NCBI GenBank assembly: GCA_030390025.1 | Contig: CM059432.1 | Location: forward strand, 103,852,001 to 103,916,000 | DNA length: 64,000 nt | Reading direction: 5' to 3' | Source: Squalus acanthias | Lineage: Eukaryota | Notes under the pieces: generated by a model | Databases searched by the model: none | What the model saw: only the letters and a program-made list of their open reading frames with translations | What the model was told of the DNA's origin: nothing | Part shown: positions 26,683-40,185 of the stretch, in pieces | Numbering within the stretch: position 1 is the first letter of the stretch | Layout of the letters: each line of letters begins with the position of its first letter | Program-made: the position numbers and the translations under genes

Positions 26683-28910
26683 GAATAGAATCATAGAATA
26701 GTACAGCACAGAAGGAAGCTATTCAGCCCATTGAGTCTGCCCCGGCTCTTTCGAAGAGCAATCCAGTTAATCCCACTCTCCCGCTCTTTCTCCATATCCC
26801 TGTAAATCTTTCTCCTTCATGTAATTATCAATTCCCTTTTGAAAGCTACGATTGAATCTGTTTCCACCACCCTATCAGGCAGTGCATTCCAAATCCTAAT
26901 CACTCGTTGCGTAAAAACATTTTTTCTCCTTAGGCCCATTAGGGACCCAAGTGGCAATCTGTGTGTAGAGCCGGAAGATGTAGGTGGGGTTTCAAATGAA
27001 TATTTTGCACCTGTGTTCACTATGGAGAAGGACGATGTAGGCATAGAAATCAGGCAGGGGGATTGTGATATACTTGAACAAATTAGTATTGAGAGGGAGG
27101 AGGTACTAGCGGTTTTAGCTGGCTTAAAAGCGGATAAATCCCCAGGCCCTGATGAGATGTATCCCAGGCTGCTGTGTGAGGCAAGGGAGCAGATTGCAGG
27201 GGCTCTGACACAAATTTTCAGAACCTCTCTGGCCACAGGGGAAATGCCAGAGGACTGGAGAACAGCTAACGTAGTACCATTATTCAAGAAGGGTAGTAGG
27301 GATAAACCAGGGAATTACAGGCCAGTGAGCCTAACATCAGTGGTAGGGAAATTATTAGAAAAAATTCTGAGGGACAGAATTAGTCTCCACTTAGAGAGGC
27401 AGGGATTAATCAGGGATAGTCAGCATAGCTTTGTCAGGGGGAGATCATGTCTGACCAATTTGATTGAATTTTTCGAGGGGGTGACTAGGTGTGTGGATGA
27501 GGGTAGTGCAGTTGATGTAGTCTACATGGACTTCAGTAAGGCTTTTGACAAAGTCCCGCATGGGAGACTGGTCAAGAAGGTAAGAGCCCATGGGATCCAG
27601 GGCAATTTGGCACATTGGATCCAAAATTGGCTTAGTGGCAGGAGGCAGAGGGTGATGGTCGAAGATTGTTTTTGTGACTGGAAGCCTGTGTCCAGTGGTG
27701 TACCGCAGGGATCGGTGCTGGGTCCTTTGCTGTTTGTAGTGTACATTAATGATTTAGATATGAATGTAGGAGGTATGATCAGTAAGTTCGCAGATGACAC
27801 GAAAATTGGTGGAGTGGTAAATAGCGAGGAGGGAAGCCTCAGGCTACAGGACGATATAGATGAGATGGTTAAATGGACAGAACAGTGGCAAATGGAATTT
27901 AATGCTGAAAAGTGTGAGGTGATGCATTTTGGGAGGACTAACAAGGCAAGGGAATACACAATGAATGGTAGGACCCTAGGAAGGACAGAGGATCAGAGGG
28001 ACCTTGGTGTGCATGTACATAGATCCCTGAAGGCAGCAGGACAGGTAGATAAGGTGGTTAAAAAGGCATATGGGATACTTGCCTTTATTAGCCGAGGCAT
28101 AGAATATAAGAGCAGGGAGGTTATGATGGAGCTGTACAAAATGCTAGTTAGGCCACAGCTGGAATACTGTGTGCAGTTCTGGTCGCCACACTATAGGAGG
28201 GATGTGATTGCATTGGAGAGGGTGCAGAGAAGATTCACCAGGATGTTACCTGGGCTGGAGCGCTTCAGCTATGAAGAGAGACTGGACAGGCTGGGGTTGT
28301 TTTCCTTAGAGCAGAGAAGGCTGAGGGGGGACCTGATTGAGGTGTACAAAATTATGAGGGGCATAAATAGGGTAGATAGAAAGGAACTTTTCCCCTTAGT
28401 AGAGGGGTCAATAACCAGGGGGCATAGTTTCAAGGTAAGAGGCAGGAGGCTTAGAGGGGATTTGAGGGAAAACTTTTTCACCCAGAGGGTAGTTGGAATC
28501 TGGAACTCACTGCCTGAAAGGGTGGTAGAGGCAGGAACCCTCACAACATTCAAGAAGCATTTAGATGAGCACTTGAAATGTCATAGCATACAAGGCTACG
28601 GGCCAAGTGCTGGAAAATGGGATTAGAATAGACAGGGCTTGATGGCCAGCGCGGACACGATGGGCCGAAGGGCCTCTTTCTGTGCTGTATAACTCTGTGA
28701 CTCTATGACTCATGTCGCCTCTGGTTCTTTTGCCAATCACCTTAAATCTGTGCCCTCAAGTTATTGGCCCTTCAGCCATTGGAAACAGTTTCTCTTTATT
28801 TACTCTATCTAAATCCTTCATGATTTAAAAAAAACCTCGATCAAATCTCCTTATAGCCTTCTCTGCTCCAAGGAGAACAAGTCTAGTTTTGTTCAAGCCC
28901 CTGTTTCCTG
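26683..28910 (-). mobile_element. CR1 3' fragment split by an antisense CR1
   Basis: Tail repeats (AGAATCAT) at 26683; sequence breaks at 26930 and resumes collinearly at 28711 (CATGTCGCCTCTGG). Confidence 0.8.
26931..28710 (+). mobile_element. Young CR1 LINE, 5'-truncated, with an uninterrupted RT reading frame
   Basis: About 565 codons open: KSPGPD, NYRPVSLTS, DFSKAFDKVPH, GVPQGSVLGP, KFADDTK, FFTQRVV. (CTCTATGA)n tail. No endonuclease domain. Confidence 0.95.
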
Positions 28911-29724
28911 GAATTTCCAGCCTGCTTGCCATGAATTCCCAACAGCAGTGCTGCCCACCCACAGAATATAGGACAAAGTGTGTTTACTATTTCTACTTTT
29001 GACCTTGTAATTCCCTCCAGGTCCATTATTCACCTAAACCAGTTCAGGAATACTTTCCAAACCTATTCTTTAGCTTTAAGCTGTTATTAGGTAGAAGTTA
29101 CCACTTTCTTCATATCGTTCTTCTCAGTGTAAGCAGTCTCGATATAACATTTTCTCCATATAATATAATTTTATTAAAATTCATCACTTAAGCAGTTGGG
29201 TAGCACTGGTGAATGAATGAATTTCAAGGCATACTCCTGTAGCTGTGCTCAAGGCACCAAAGAATTTTCACAGTTTGTAAGACAAATATGAAAACATTCT
29301 ATACATCATTTTCACTTCTCCTTTTATCCACTTTCTATTCTTTTCTAGTGAGATAGTGTTTTTCAGGCGAGGCCACTGAGGATATAAAAGCAGTGTCACT
29401 TTTGTTTCTGGTAGCATTCCTTTGATGGGTCTTTTGCTGCATACTAATTGTTATACTAATTCTCTGTATGTAGGCAATTTCAATTTTCACAGATGCATTA
29501 TTAGGTAATTTAGAAGTGCATTATCTATTAAGAGTTGCCCTAGTTTTCAATTATTGAGCTGATATGCTTTGTTCTTTGAGGTGAGTCATTTCCTATATGG
29601 ACTGCCAGCAAAATCACTTGCTGGGTAAATGGCGATCCCACAATCCGTCCAAATGCTTTGTCTGGAATTACAGAGATAGAGTTAATTTTAAATTGCTACT
29701 AAAATTTAGATCTCCATATATATC

Positions 29725-31312
29725 TTTGAAAGTGGGTAAATCTCTAGGCCCGGATGAAATGTATACCAGACTGTTAAGAGAAGTAAGAGAGGAAATAGCA
29801 GAGGCCCTGACCATCATTTTCCAATCCTCTCTGGCTACAGGTGTGGTGCCAGAGGCCTGGAGGACTACTAACGTGGTACCGTTGTTTAAAAAGGGAGAAA
29901 GGGATAGACCGAGTAATTACAGGCCAGTCAGCCTAACCTCGGTGGTGGGAAAATTATTAGAAAAAATTCTGAGGGACAGGATAAATCTTCATTTCAAAAG
30001 ACACGGATTAATCAGGAACAGTCAGCATGGATTTGTTTAGGGAAGATTGTGTCTGACTAACTTGATTGAATTTTTTGAGGAGGTAACAGGGAGGGTCGAT
30101 GAGGGTAGTGCATTTGATGTAGTCTATATGGTTTTTAGCAAGGTTTTTGATAAGGTCCCGCATGGCAGACTGGTCACGAAAGTAAAAGCCCATGGGATCC
30201 AAAGCAAGATGGCAAGTTGGATTCAAAATTGGCTCAGAGGCAGGAAACAAAGGGTAATGGTCGAAGGGTGTTTTTGTGACTGGAAGGTTGTTTCCAGTGG
30301 GGTTCCGCAGGGCTCAGTACTGGGTCCTTTGCTTTTTGTGGTACATATCAATGATTTGGACTTGAATGTAGGAAGTATGATTAAGAAGTTTGCTGATGAT
30401 ACAAAAGTTAGCCGTGTGGTTGATAATGAAGAAGAAAGTTGCAGACTGCAGGAAGATATCAATGGACTGGTCAGGTGGGCAGAACAGTGGCAAATGGAAT
30501 TCAATTCAGAGAAGTGTGAGGTAATGCATTTGGGGAGGGCTAACAAGGCAAGGGAATACACTATAAATGGTAGGACAGTGAGAAGTGCAGAAGATCAGAG
30601 GGACCTTGGAGTGCATGTCCACAGATCCCTGAAGGTAGCAGGACAGGTAGATAAGGTGGTTAAGAAGGCATACGAGATACTTGCCTTTATTAGCCGAGGC
30701 ACAGAATATAAGAGCAAGGAAGTTATGCTTGAACTGTATAAAACACTAGTTAGGCCGCAGCTAGAATACTGCATGCAGTTCTGGTCACCACATTACAGGA
30801 AGGATGTGATTGCACTAGAGGGGGTGCAGAGGAGATTTACGAGGATGTTGCCTGGGCTGGGTAATTTTAGCTATGAGGAAAGATTGGATAGGCTGGGGTT
30901 GTTTTCTTGGGAACAGCGGAGGCTGAGGGGAGACCTAATTGAGGTGTATAAAATTATGAGGGGCCTAGATAGAGTGGATAGGAAGGACCTATTTCCCTTA
31001 GCAGAAGGGTCAATAACCAGGGGGCATAGATTTAAAGTAATTGGTCGGAAGTTTAGAGGGGATTTGAGGAGAAGTTTTTTCACCCAGAGGGTTGTGGGGG
31101 TCTGGAACTCACTGCCTGGAAGGGTGGTAGAGGCAGAGACCCTCATCACATTTAAAAAGTACTTGGATATGCATTTGAAGTGCCATAACCTACAAGGCTA
31201 CGGACCAAGTGCTGGAAAGTGGGATTAGGGTGGATAGCTCTTTGTCGGCCGGCACGGACAGGATGGGCCGAATGACCTCCTTCTGTGCTGTAAATTTCTA
31301 TGATTCTATGAT
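29725..31312 (+). mobile_element. CR1 LINE, 5'-truncated, one premature stop
   Basis: ORFs 29597-30040 and 30047-31228 are in one frame separated by TAG; FADD motif; (TTCTATGA)n tail. Confidence 0.95.
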
Positions 31313-31849
31313 CTGATTTAAAGAGACTTCCAGCTCCTATTTCAGGATTTAGCATTGTTCATGGCTGCAATTGATGTGGCTGCAATGATTCGAATGATGC
31401 AAAAGTAAGTAGTTTGCAGTGAGAAGGAATGTAAAAGATTTCAGGAAGACAGGTTTGCAGAATGGGCAGAAAGGTGGTAAATTCCTTTAATGTGGATAGT
31501 TGTCATGAAATACATTTTGGGAGAAGAAACAAGGAAAGGGAGTATACTGTACTTTGTGTTGAGTCTGGGCTTGTTGGACTTGTATTGGTTGCTGAGTCTT
31601 GATCTTGACTTGTTATATTTGATGTTGCGCCTCGGCCAAGGGCTTTTTAGTTTCCATGTTGAGGCTGAACTTGTCGCATCTCCCTTGGACTTGCTGCATT
31701 TTCTTTTAGGTTTTAGTTTGGGTTTTTAAAGTCGTAACCTCCTATCCAGCAGCAAATTTACCATCGAGTCCCAATTTAAATAAGTTTGTATCTACTCTCT
31801 ACCCTGGATGGTACATCTAGCAGTTATCCCTCTCTCTTCTTCACCAAAA

Positions 31850-31955
31850 ATACAACAGTGACTACACTCCAAAAGTACTTCATTGGCTGTAAAGCGCTTT
31901 GAGACGTCCGGTGGTCGTGAAAGTCGCTATATAAATGCAAGTCTTTCTTTTCTTT
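31850..31955 (+). mobile_element. SacSINE1-like 3' tail fragment
   Basis: TACAACAGTGACTACACT..TTGGCTGTAAAGCGCTTTG..GCTATATAAATGCAAGTCTTTC. Confidence 0.75.
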
Positions 31956-32087
31956 TAATAACCACATATCACTTCCAAGAATCACTTATTGGAAGTAAAA
32001 ATCACTTACTTTAGTTTAAAAATTTAACTTATTTTGATGTGCGTCATTCTTAAAAATAAACACAGCGCCGTGTATTAAATCAGTTTA

Positions 32088-32652
32088 TAACAACAACAAC
32101 AATTATCTATATAGCGCCTTTAACATAGTAAAACGTCCCAAGGTGCTTCACAGGAGCGTTAAAAATTTGACACCGATCCACATAAGGGGATATTAGGGCA
32201 ATGACCAAAAGTTAGGTCAGAGAGGTAGGTTTTAAAAGCACCTTAAAGGAGGAAAGAGAGATAGAGAGGCAAAAGGTTTAGGGAGGGAATTCCAGAGCAT
32301 AGGACCTTGGCAGCTGAAGGCACGGTCACCAATGGTGGAGCGATTGAAATCGGGGATGCTCAAGAGGCCAGAATTAGAGGAGCGCAGAGATATCGGAGGG
32401 TTGTGGGCCTGGAGGAGATTACAGAGATAGGGAGGGGCAAGGCCATGGAGGGATTTGAAAACTAGGATGAGAATTTTAAAATCGCTGCGTTGCTTAACCG
32501 GGAGCCAATGTAAGTCAGCGAGCACAGGGGTGATGGGTGAACGGGACTAGGTGCGAGTTAGGACACGGGCAGCAGAGTTTTGGATGACCTCATGTTTACA
32601 GAGGTTAGAACGTAGGAGGCCGGCCAGGAGTGCGTTGGAATAGTCAAGTCTT
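32088..32652 (-). mobile_element. L2-clade LINE 3' fragment
   Basis: LADLHWLPVKQR..WNSLP; (TTG)n tail; similar to 11631-12200. Confidence 0.9.
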
Positions 32653-35478
32653 ACTTATCACAAATTTCCCCAGCCTCACAGCTCTATCACCTTCATCCAT
32701 TTCTCAGAGTTAGGGCTTTAGATGGGTAAGAAAATAGTAGGAGTTTTGGCATCATGATAACTTGATAGAGTATTAGGGAATTATTTCAATGTTAATGTAT
32801 CGGTAACCTGTTCAATTACATAAGAACATAAGAAATAGGAGCAGGAGTAGGCCGTTCGGCCCCTCGAGCCTGCTCCGCCATTCAATAAGATCATGGCTGA
32901 TCTTGTACCTCATTTCCACTTTCCTGTACTATCCCCATATCCCTTGATTCTTTTAATATTCAAAAATCTATCAATCTCTGTCTTGAATATACTCAACGAC
33001 TGAGCCTCCACAGCCCTCTGGGGTAGAGAATTCCAAAGATTCACCACCCTCTGAGTGAAGAAATTTCTCCTCATCTCAGTCCTAAATGGCCGACCCCTTA
33101 TTCTGAAACGTGACCCCTGGTTCTAGACTCCCCAGCCAGGGGAAACATTTACCCTGTCAAGTCCTGTAAGAATTTTGTATGTTTCAATGAGATCACCTCT
33201 CATTCTTCTAAACTCTAGAGAATATAGGCCTAGTCTACTCAATCTCTCCTCATAGGACAATCCCCCCATCCCAGGAATCAGTCTGGTGAACCTCTGTTGC
33301 ACTCCCTCTGTGGCAAGTATATCCTTCTTAGGTAAGGAGACCAAAACTGTACACAATACTCCAGGTGTGGTATCACCAAGGCCCTATAAATTGCAGTAAG
33401 ACGTCTTTACTCTTGTACTCAAATCCTCTTGTAATAAAGGCCAACATACCATTTGCTTTCCTAATTGCTTGCTGTACCTGCATGTTAACTTTCAGTGATT
33501 TGTGTACAAGGACACCCAAGTCCCTCTGAACACTAACATTTCCCAATCTCTCACCATTTAAAAAATACTCTGCTTTTCTATTTTTCCTACCAAAGTGGAT
33601 AACTTCACATTTCTCCACATTATATTCCATTTGCCATGTTCTTGCCCACTTACTTAGCCTGTCTATATCCCCTTGAAGCCTCCTTGCATCCTCCTCACAA
33701 CTTACATTCCCACCCAGCTTTGTATCATCAGCAAACTTGGATATATTACATTTGGTCCCCTCATCCAAATCATTGATGTAGATTGTGAATAGCTGAGGCC
33801 CAAGCACTGATCCTTGCAGTACCCCACTAGCTACAGCCTGCCAACCCGAAAATGACCCATTTATTCCTACTCTCGGTTTTCTGTCTGTTAACCAATCCTC
33901 AATCTATGCTAGTATATTACCCCCAGTCCCATGAGCCCTAATTTTGTTTAATAACCTCTTGTGTGGCACCTTGTCGAATGCCTTCTGAAAATCCAAATAC
34001 ACCACATCCACTGGTTCCCGCTTATCTATTCTGCTAGTTACAACCTCAAAAAATTAAAACAGATTTGTCAAACACGATTTCCCTTTCATAAATCCGTTTT
34101 GACTCTGCACAATCCTATTATTATTTTCTAAGTGCCCTGTTACCATGTCCTTAATAGTAGATTCTAGCATTTTCCCTACTACTGATGTCAGGCTAACTGG
34201 TCTGTAGTTCCCCGTTTTCTCTTTCCCTCCTTTCTTAAATAGCGAGGTTACATTTGCTACCTTCCAATCCGCGGGAACCGTTCTAGAATCTATGGAATTT
34301 TGGAAGATGACAACCAATGCATCCACTATCTCTATAGCCGCCTCTTTCAAAACCCTAGGATGTAGGCCATCAGATCTAGGGGATTTATCGGCTTTCAGTC
34401 CCATTAATTTCTCCAGTACTATTTTTTGACTAATACTAATTTCTTTCAGTTCCTCATTCTCGCTAGACCCTTGGTTCTCCACTATTTCCGGGAAGTTATT
34501 TGCGGCTCCTTCCGTGAAGACAGACACAAAGATCTGGGTTTTGCCAGCGCTCAGAGGGCAGGTTTGGAGGCAGGTCTGCTGTCAAAATACAGCGGGTAGG
34601 AAACGCGCTGTCAACTCGCCTCCAGGCGAGTCTCCCAGGTGTCGGGTCTGTCTGCGCAGAACTGACCTGACACCAAGCGGCGGGAGAGACAATTGAGATC
34701 ATTAAATGGCTTGTTAACAGCCAATTTTGAGGCTTCTTTCCTATTTTATGTGCTCCCCCACGGGTTACCTGCTGCTTAGGGAACACGCCAGCTCACCCTG
34801 GCTTGAGTTGAGTCTGTTCTGATGTATTTGATAAGCTGACAGCTGCAGAAGTGGTGTAAAGGATGCCACGTTGCAGATGGTCAGTTTCAGAGCACAGAAA
34901 CTGTTGGTTACTGCATTTGTAAGACATATAGAGATTTCTTTAGCTTGCAAGTGTTTAGAGCCAATTGTATATCCACTGCCACCTCATTGGAACAACCTCT
35001 CTCACCATTGACAGATCGCTTATGTCATCTCACCTGCAGCTACCATCTATTGCAGCAACATCGGTGCCCTAGAACCTATCTCACCTTGCTCCTCTGATTG
35101 CTTCCACGCTCAGCCCCAATACCAACATCACCAGGCTCACCAGCAGCACCAACAACAACACCAAACTACTCCGCCATCACCTGATGCTGCACAGGACACA
35201 GGGCATCAGCCCCTGACAACATTGCTGCCCAGGAGGCCAGCGATGGCATCACCATGGCTAGATTTACTTCACTTGATGCTGTTAACCCTGGCTGCCACAT
35301 GATGCGCCAGGTTGACACCATCCCACACCAGCACCATAAAGCATCCTTTTAATGTCCAAGCCATTCCATGCACACTCATCACAATGGGGCAGGGGGGAAG
35401 TTATGTCTCAACATTCACTGGAACTCAGTAAGACACTTCTCAAGGTGTGCACAGATCTGTCCAATAAGGTGCAGTGTT

Positions 35479-38303
35479 ACATAGAAACATAGAAACATAG
35501 AAGATAGTAGCAGGAGTAGGCCATTCGGCCCTTCGAGCCTGCTCCGCCATTTAATGAGATCATGGCTGATCATCCAAATTCAGTACCCTGTCCCTGCTTT
35601 CTCCCCATATCCCTTGATCCCGTTAGCCTTAAGAAATATATCTAACTCCTTCTTGAATATATTTAATGAATTGGCCTCAACTGCCTTCTGTGGTAGAGAA
35701 TTCCACAGGTTCACCACTCTCTGGGTGAAGAAATTACTCCTCATCTCAGTCCTAAATGGCATACCCCTTATCCTTAGACTGTGACCCCTGGTTCTGGATT
35801 CCCCGCCATCGGGAACATCCTTCCTGCATCTAGTCTGTCTTGTCCTGTTAGAATTTTATAAGTTTCAATGAGATCCCCTCTCATTCTTCTAAACTCTAGC
35901 GAATACAAGCCCAATTGTCCCAATCTCTCTTCATACGTCATTCCTGCCATCCCAGGTATCAGTCTGGTGAATCTTCGCTGCACTCCCTCCATGGCAAGAA
36001 CATCCTTCCTCAGATAAGGCGACCAAAACTGCACCCAATACTCAAGGTGTGGTCTCACCAAGGCCCTGTACAACTGCAGCAAGACATCTTTGCTCCTGTA
36101 CTCGAATCCTCTCACTATGAAGGCCAACATACCATTTGCCTTCTTAACTGCCTGCTGCACCTGCATGCTTACCTTCAACGACTGGTGCACAAGGACTCCC
36201 AGGTCTCGTTGCACTTCCCCTTTTCCCAATCTATTGCCGTTCAGATAATAATCTGGCTTCCTGTTTTTGCCACCAAAGTGGATAACCTCGCATTTATCCA
36301 CATAATACTGCATCTGCCATGCATCTGCCCAATCACCCAACTTGTCCAAATCATACTGGAGTTTCTCTGCATCCTCCTCACAACACACACGCCCACCCAG
36401 CTTTGTGTCATCTGCAAACTTGGAGATATTACATTTAGTTCCCTCTTCTAGATCATTAATATATATTGTGAATAACTGGGGTCCTAGCACCGATCCCTGC
36501 AGTACCTCACTAGTCACTGCCTGCCACTCGGAAAAAGACCCGTTTATTCCAACTCTTTGCTTCCTGTCTGCCAACCAGTTCTCTATCCAAGTCAGTACCT
36601 TACCCCCAATCCCATGTGCTTTAACTTTGCACGCTAATCTCTTATGCGGGACCTTATCGAAAGCCTTCTGAAAGTCCAAATACACCACATTCACTGGTTC
36701 TCCCTTATCTATTAACATAGAACATAGAACATAGAACAGTACAGCACAGTACAGGCCCTTCGGCCCTCGATGTTGTGCCGAGCATTGTCCGAGACCAAGA
36801 TCAAGCTATCACACTCCCTATCACTCTGGTGTGCTCCATGTGCTTATCCAATAACCGCTTGAAAGTTCCTAAAGTGTCCGACTCCACTATCACAGCAGGC
36901 AGTCCATTCCACACCCCAACCACTCTCTGAGTAAAGAATCTACCTCGGACATCCCTTCTATATCTCCCCCCATGCACCTTATAGTTATGCCCCCTTGTAA
37001 CAGCTGCCTCTACCCGAGGAAATAGTCTCTGAACATCCACTCTATCTATCCCCCTCATCATCTTATAAACCTCTATTAAGTCGCCTCTCATCCTCCTCCG
37101 CTCTAAAGAGAAAAGCCCCAACTCCCTCAATCTTTCCTCATAAGACCTCCCCCCCAAACCAGGCAGCATCCTGGTAAATCTCCTTTGCACTCTTTCCAAT
37201 GCTTCCACGTCCTTCCTATAGTGAGGTGACCAGAACTGCACACAATATTCCAAATGTGGTCTCACCAAGGTCCTGTACAGTTGCAGCATAACCTCACGGT
37301 TCTTAAACTCAAACCCTCTGTTAATAAACGCCAACACACCATAGGCCTTCTTTACTGCTCTATCCACTTGAGTGGCAACCTTCAGAGATCTGTGGATATG
37401 AACCCCCAGATCCCTCTGTTCCTCCACGTTCCTCAGAACCCTGCCGTTGACCCTGTAATCCTTATTCAAATTTGCCCTACCAAAATGAATCACCTCGCAC
37501 TTATCAGGGTTAAATTCCATCTGCCATTTTTCGGCCCAGCTCTGCATCCTATCAATGTCTCTTTGCAGCCTACAACAGCCCTCCACCTCATCCACTGCTC
37601 CACCAATCTTGGTGTCATCAGCAAATTTACTGATCCACCCTTCAGTCCCCTCCTCCAAGTCATTGATAAAAATCACAAACAGCAGAGGACCCAGCACCGA
37701 CCCCTGTGGCACACCGCTGGTAACTGGTCTCCAGTCCGAAAATGCTCCATCCACCACCACCCTCTGCCTTCTATGAGATAGCCAGTTACTTATCCAATCG
37801 GCCAAATTTCCCTCTATCCCACAACTCCTTACTTTCTTCATGAGACGACCATGGGGAACCTTATCAAACGCCTTACTAAAATCCATGTATACGACATCAA
37901 CTGCTCTACCTTCATCTACACACTTAGTTACCTCCTCAAAGAATTCAATCAAATTTGTTAGGCAAGACTTACCCTTCACGAATCCGTGTTGACTATCCCT
38001 GATTAAGTTGCCCCTTTCCAAATGGTCATAAATCCTATCCCTCAGGACCTTTTCCATTATCTTACCAACCACCGAAGTAAGACTAACCGGCCTATAATTA
38101 CCAGGGTCATTCCTATTTCCTTTCTTGAAGAGAGGAACAACATTCGCCACTCTACCAGTTACATCCTCAAAAAATTCCAGTAGATTAGTCAAGCATGATT
38201 TACCTTTTGTAAATCCATGTTGACTTTGTCCGATCCTGTCACTGTTTTCCAAGTGCTCTGCTATTACATCTTTTATAATGGATTCGAGCATTTTCCCCAC
38301 TGT
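35479..38303 (-). mobile_element. CR1 'B' (35479-36713 plus ~38151-38303) inside the Harbinger element
   Basis: (TTTCTATG)n tail and RT ORF 35774-36718 with FADD; resumes after CR1 C with LTNLLEFFEDVT. Confidence 0.9.
36714..38150 (-). mobile_element. CR1 'C', youngest, inside CR1 B; RT frame uninterrupted
   Basis: 7-bp (TATGTTC)n tail; open frame from ANVVPLFKKG through FADD to the stop at 36801. Confidence 0.93.
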
Positions 38304-40185
38304 TGAAAATATAGATTTCACTATATGACAACACATTACCAGAACATTGGCTAAACCTCTCAAGTGCCTACCCTTGTGTGTTGTTAGTTGGAATTTTACA
38401 GTAGGATGAAGGTGAGGGGTGGCTAGTGAGGTGGGGAAGTGATAATGGAGATTGAGAGGGATGGATGGAAGTGCAAGGTAAGTTGGTGTGCGTAAGGATA
38501 TGCAGGAGAGGGTATGGAAGGCAGAGTGATGGGGATGTGTTGAGTGGCACAGCAGGGTGAGTTTGAGTGTGGTTTTGCAGTAACGTTTCGTGATCCACTG
38601 AGATCATTGACAGGTTGGCGCCACTGCAGCCAGGGATTCCTGACGACATCCCTGCTTTTGCCTTCCTGTGCAATGTGCAACCAGGCTGTGTTGGTGAACT
38701 GGGGAGGTCTCTTCCACCCTTGAAAGGGAAGAGAACCTCCCTGCATGCTGTGACTCCCTCCATAAGCATATGGAGGGAGTCATTGGAGAGCCTGGGTGCA
38801 ACCGTCCACCTTTGTGCAGTGCTTGTCAGTGTTTGCAGCACCTCAATGCTGTCAAACACTGACAGAACAACTGTCAAACTCAATGTGGCCGTGTTCCCTT
38901 TAAGGAAACCGGCTGATGACGCGTCATCAAATGACATCATCAGACCCGCTTCCTGTTAATTGTCCAGGAAGCCTGCAGGGTGGGCTTAACAAGGCCAATC
39001 AAGTGAAAAATCCCTTTGACAGAGCGGCTGCAGCCGGGAGCGGGACCGCAACCCACCAACCAGCTATCCCGCCACCATCCCGCCTCCGCAGACAAAATCC
39101 AGCCCAAAGTATTTGTTTAATTTCTCTGCCATTTCCTTATTCCTCTTTATAATTTCTCCTGTCTCAGCCTGTAAGGGACCCACATTTACTTTCACTAATC
39201 TTTTCCTTTTTACATACCTATAGAAGCTTTTACAATCTGTTTTTATGTCTCTCGTTAGTTTACTCTCATATTCTATTTTCCCTTTCTTTATCAATTTCTT
39301 GGTCCTCCTTTTCTGAATTGTAAAATCTTCCCAAACCTCAGGCTTACTACTCTTTTTTGGCAACATTATAAGCCTCTTACTTTGATCTAATATATCTTTA
39401 ATGTTTCTTGTTGGACCACTTTTCCTGTGGGCTTTTTGTGCCCTAAAGGAATGTATATTTGTTGTAAATTATGTATTAATTCTTTAAATGCTAGCCATTG
39501 CTTGTCTACCATCATACCTTTTAATGTAGTTTCCCAATCTACCTTAGCCAATTCGCCCCTCATACCTATGTAGTTTGCTTTGTTTAGATTTAAGACCCTA
39601 GTTTTGGATTTAACTAAATCATTTTCAAACTCAATAGAAAATTCTATCATATTATGGTCACTCTTCCCTAAAGGCCCCTTTACTACAAGGTTATTAATTA
39701 ACCCTTTCTCGTTGCACAATACTAGGTCTAAAGTAGCCTGTTCCCTAGTTGGTTCCTCAACTTACTGATCTAGAAAGCTATCTTGCATACATTCCATCAA
39801 TTCATCCTCCACACTATTACTGTAAATTTGGTTTGCCCAGTCTATATGTAAATTAAAATCCCCCATGTATTACCCTTGTTACTTGCGCCTTTAATTTCCT
39901 GATTTATACTCTGCCCTACATTACAACTACAGTTTGGGGTCTTATAAAAAAACTCCCACCAATGTTTTCTGCCCCTTGCTGTTTCTTAGCTCCACCCAAA
40001 CTGATTCTACTTCTTGATTTTCAGAGCTAAGTTCCTTTCTCCCTACTGTCTTTATCCCATTTATTATGATGACAGACTGGAGCTGGAAATCTTTAGGCAA
40101 GCGATATGGCTGCTTCACCGACTTTGATCCTGTTTCAGGCAGAAGTTGAATTTCCCCCATGAATCAGATGATTCCGTGATCTATT

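Larger units (their letters stand above)
34531..39105. mobile_element. Internally deleted PIF/Harbinger element inside CR1 A
   Basis: TIRs GATCTGGGTTTTG / CAAAATCCAGCCC (10/13) with TSD AAA. Own sequence spans 34531-35478 and ~38304-39105, with a Myb/SANT remnant on minus (APRLSNDSLHMLMEGV..REVLFP). Confidence 0.8.
32818..40065 (-). mobile_element. CR1 'A' (32818-34530 plus 39106-40065), outer element of a nest
   Basis: RT part (FADD) on the left and endonuclease-end part (KSDHNMIEF) on the right. The sequence GACAC-AAA|...|AAA-GTATTTG is collinear across the insert. (TTCTTATG)n tail. Confidence 0.9.

Noticed and set aside
26839..28626. 595-aa host gene or complete LINE ORF2
   Set aside because: The first ~30 codons are the antisense strand of the host CR1; the rest is a 5'-truncated CR1 RT without endonuclease or its own start.
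31545..31730. Strand-biased low-complexity segment as coding sequence
   Set aside because: No convincing start, splice sites or recognisable peptide on either strand.
27522..37781. Antisense ORFs over CR1 RT regions (27522, 30223, 35915, 36342, 37254)
   Set aside because: Shadow frames of the RT coding sequence that recur in each CR1 copy.
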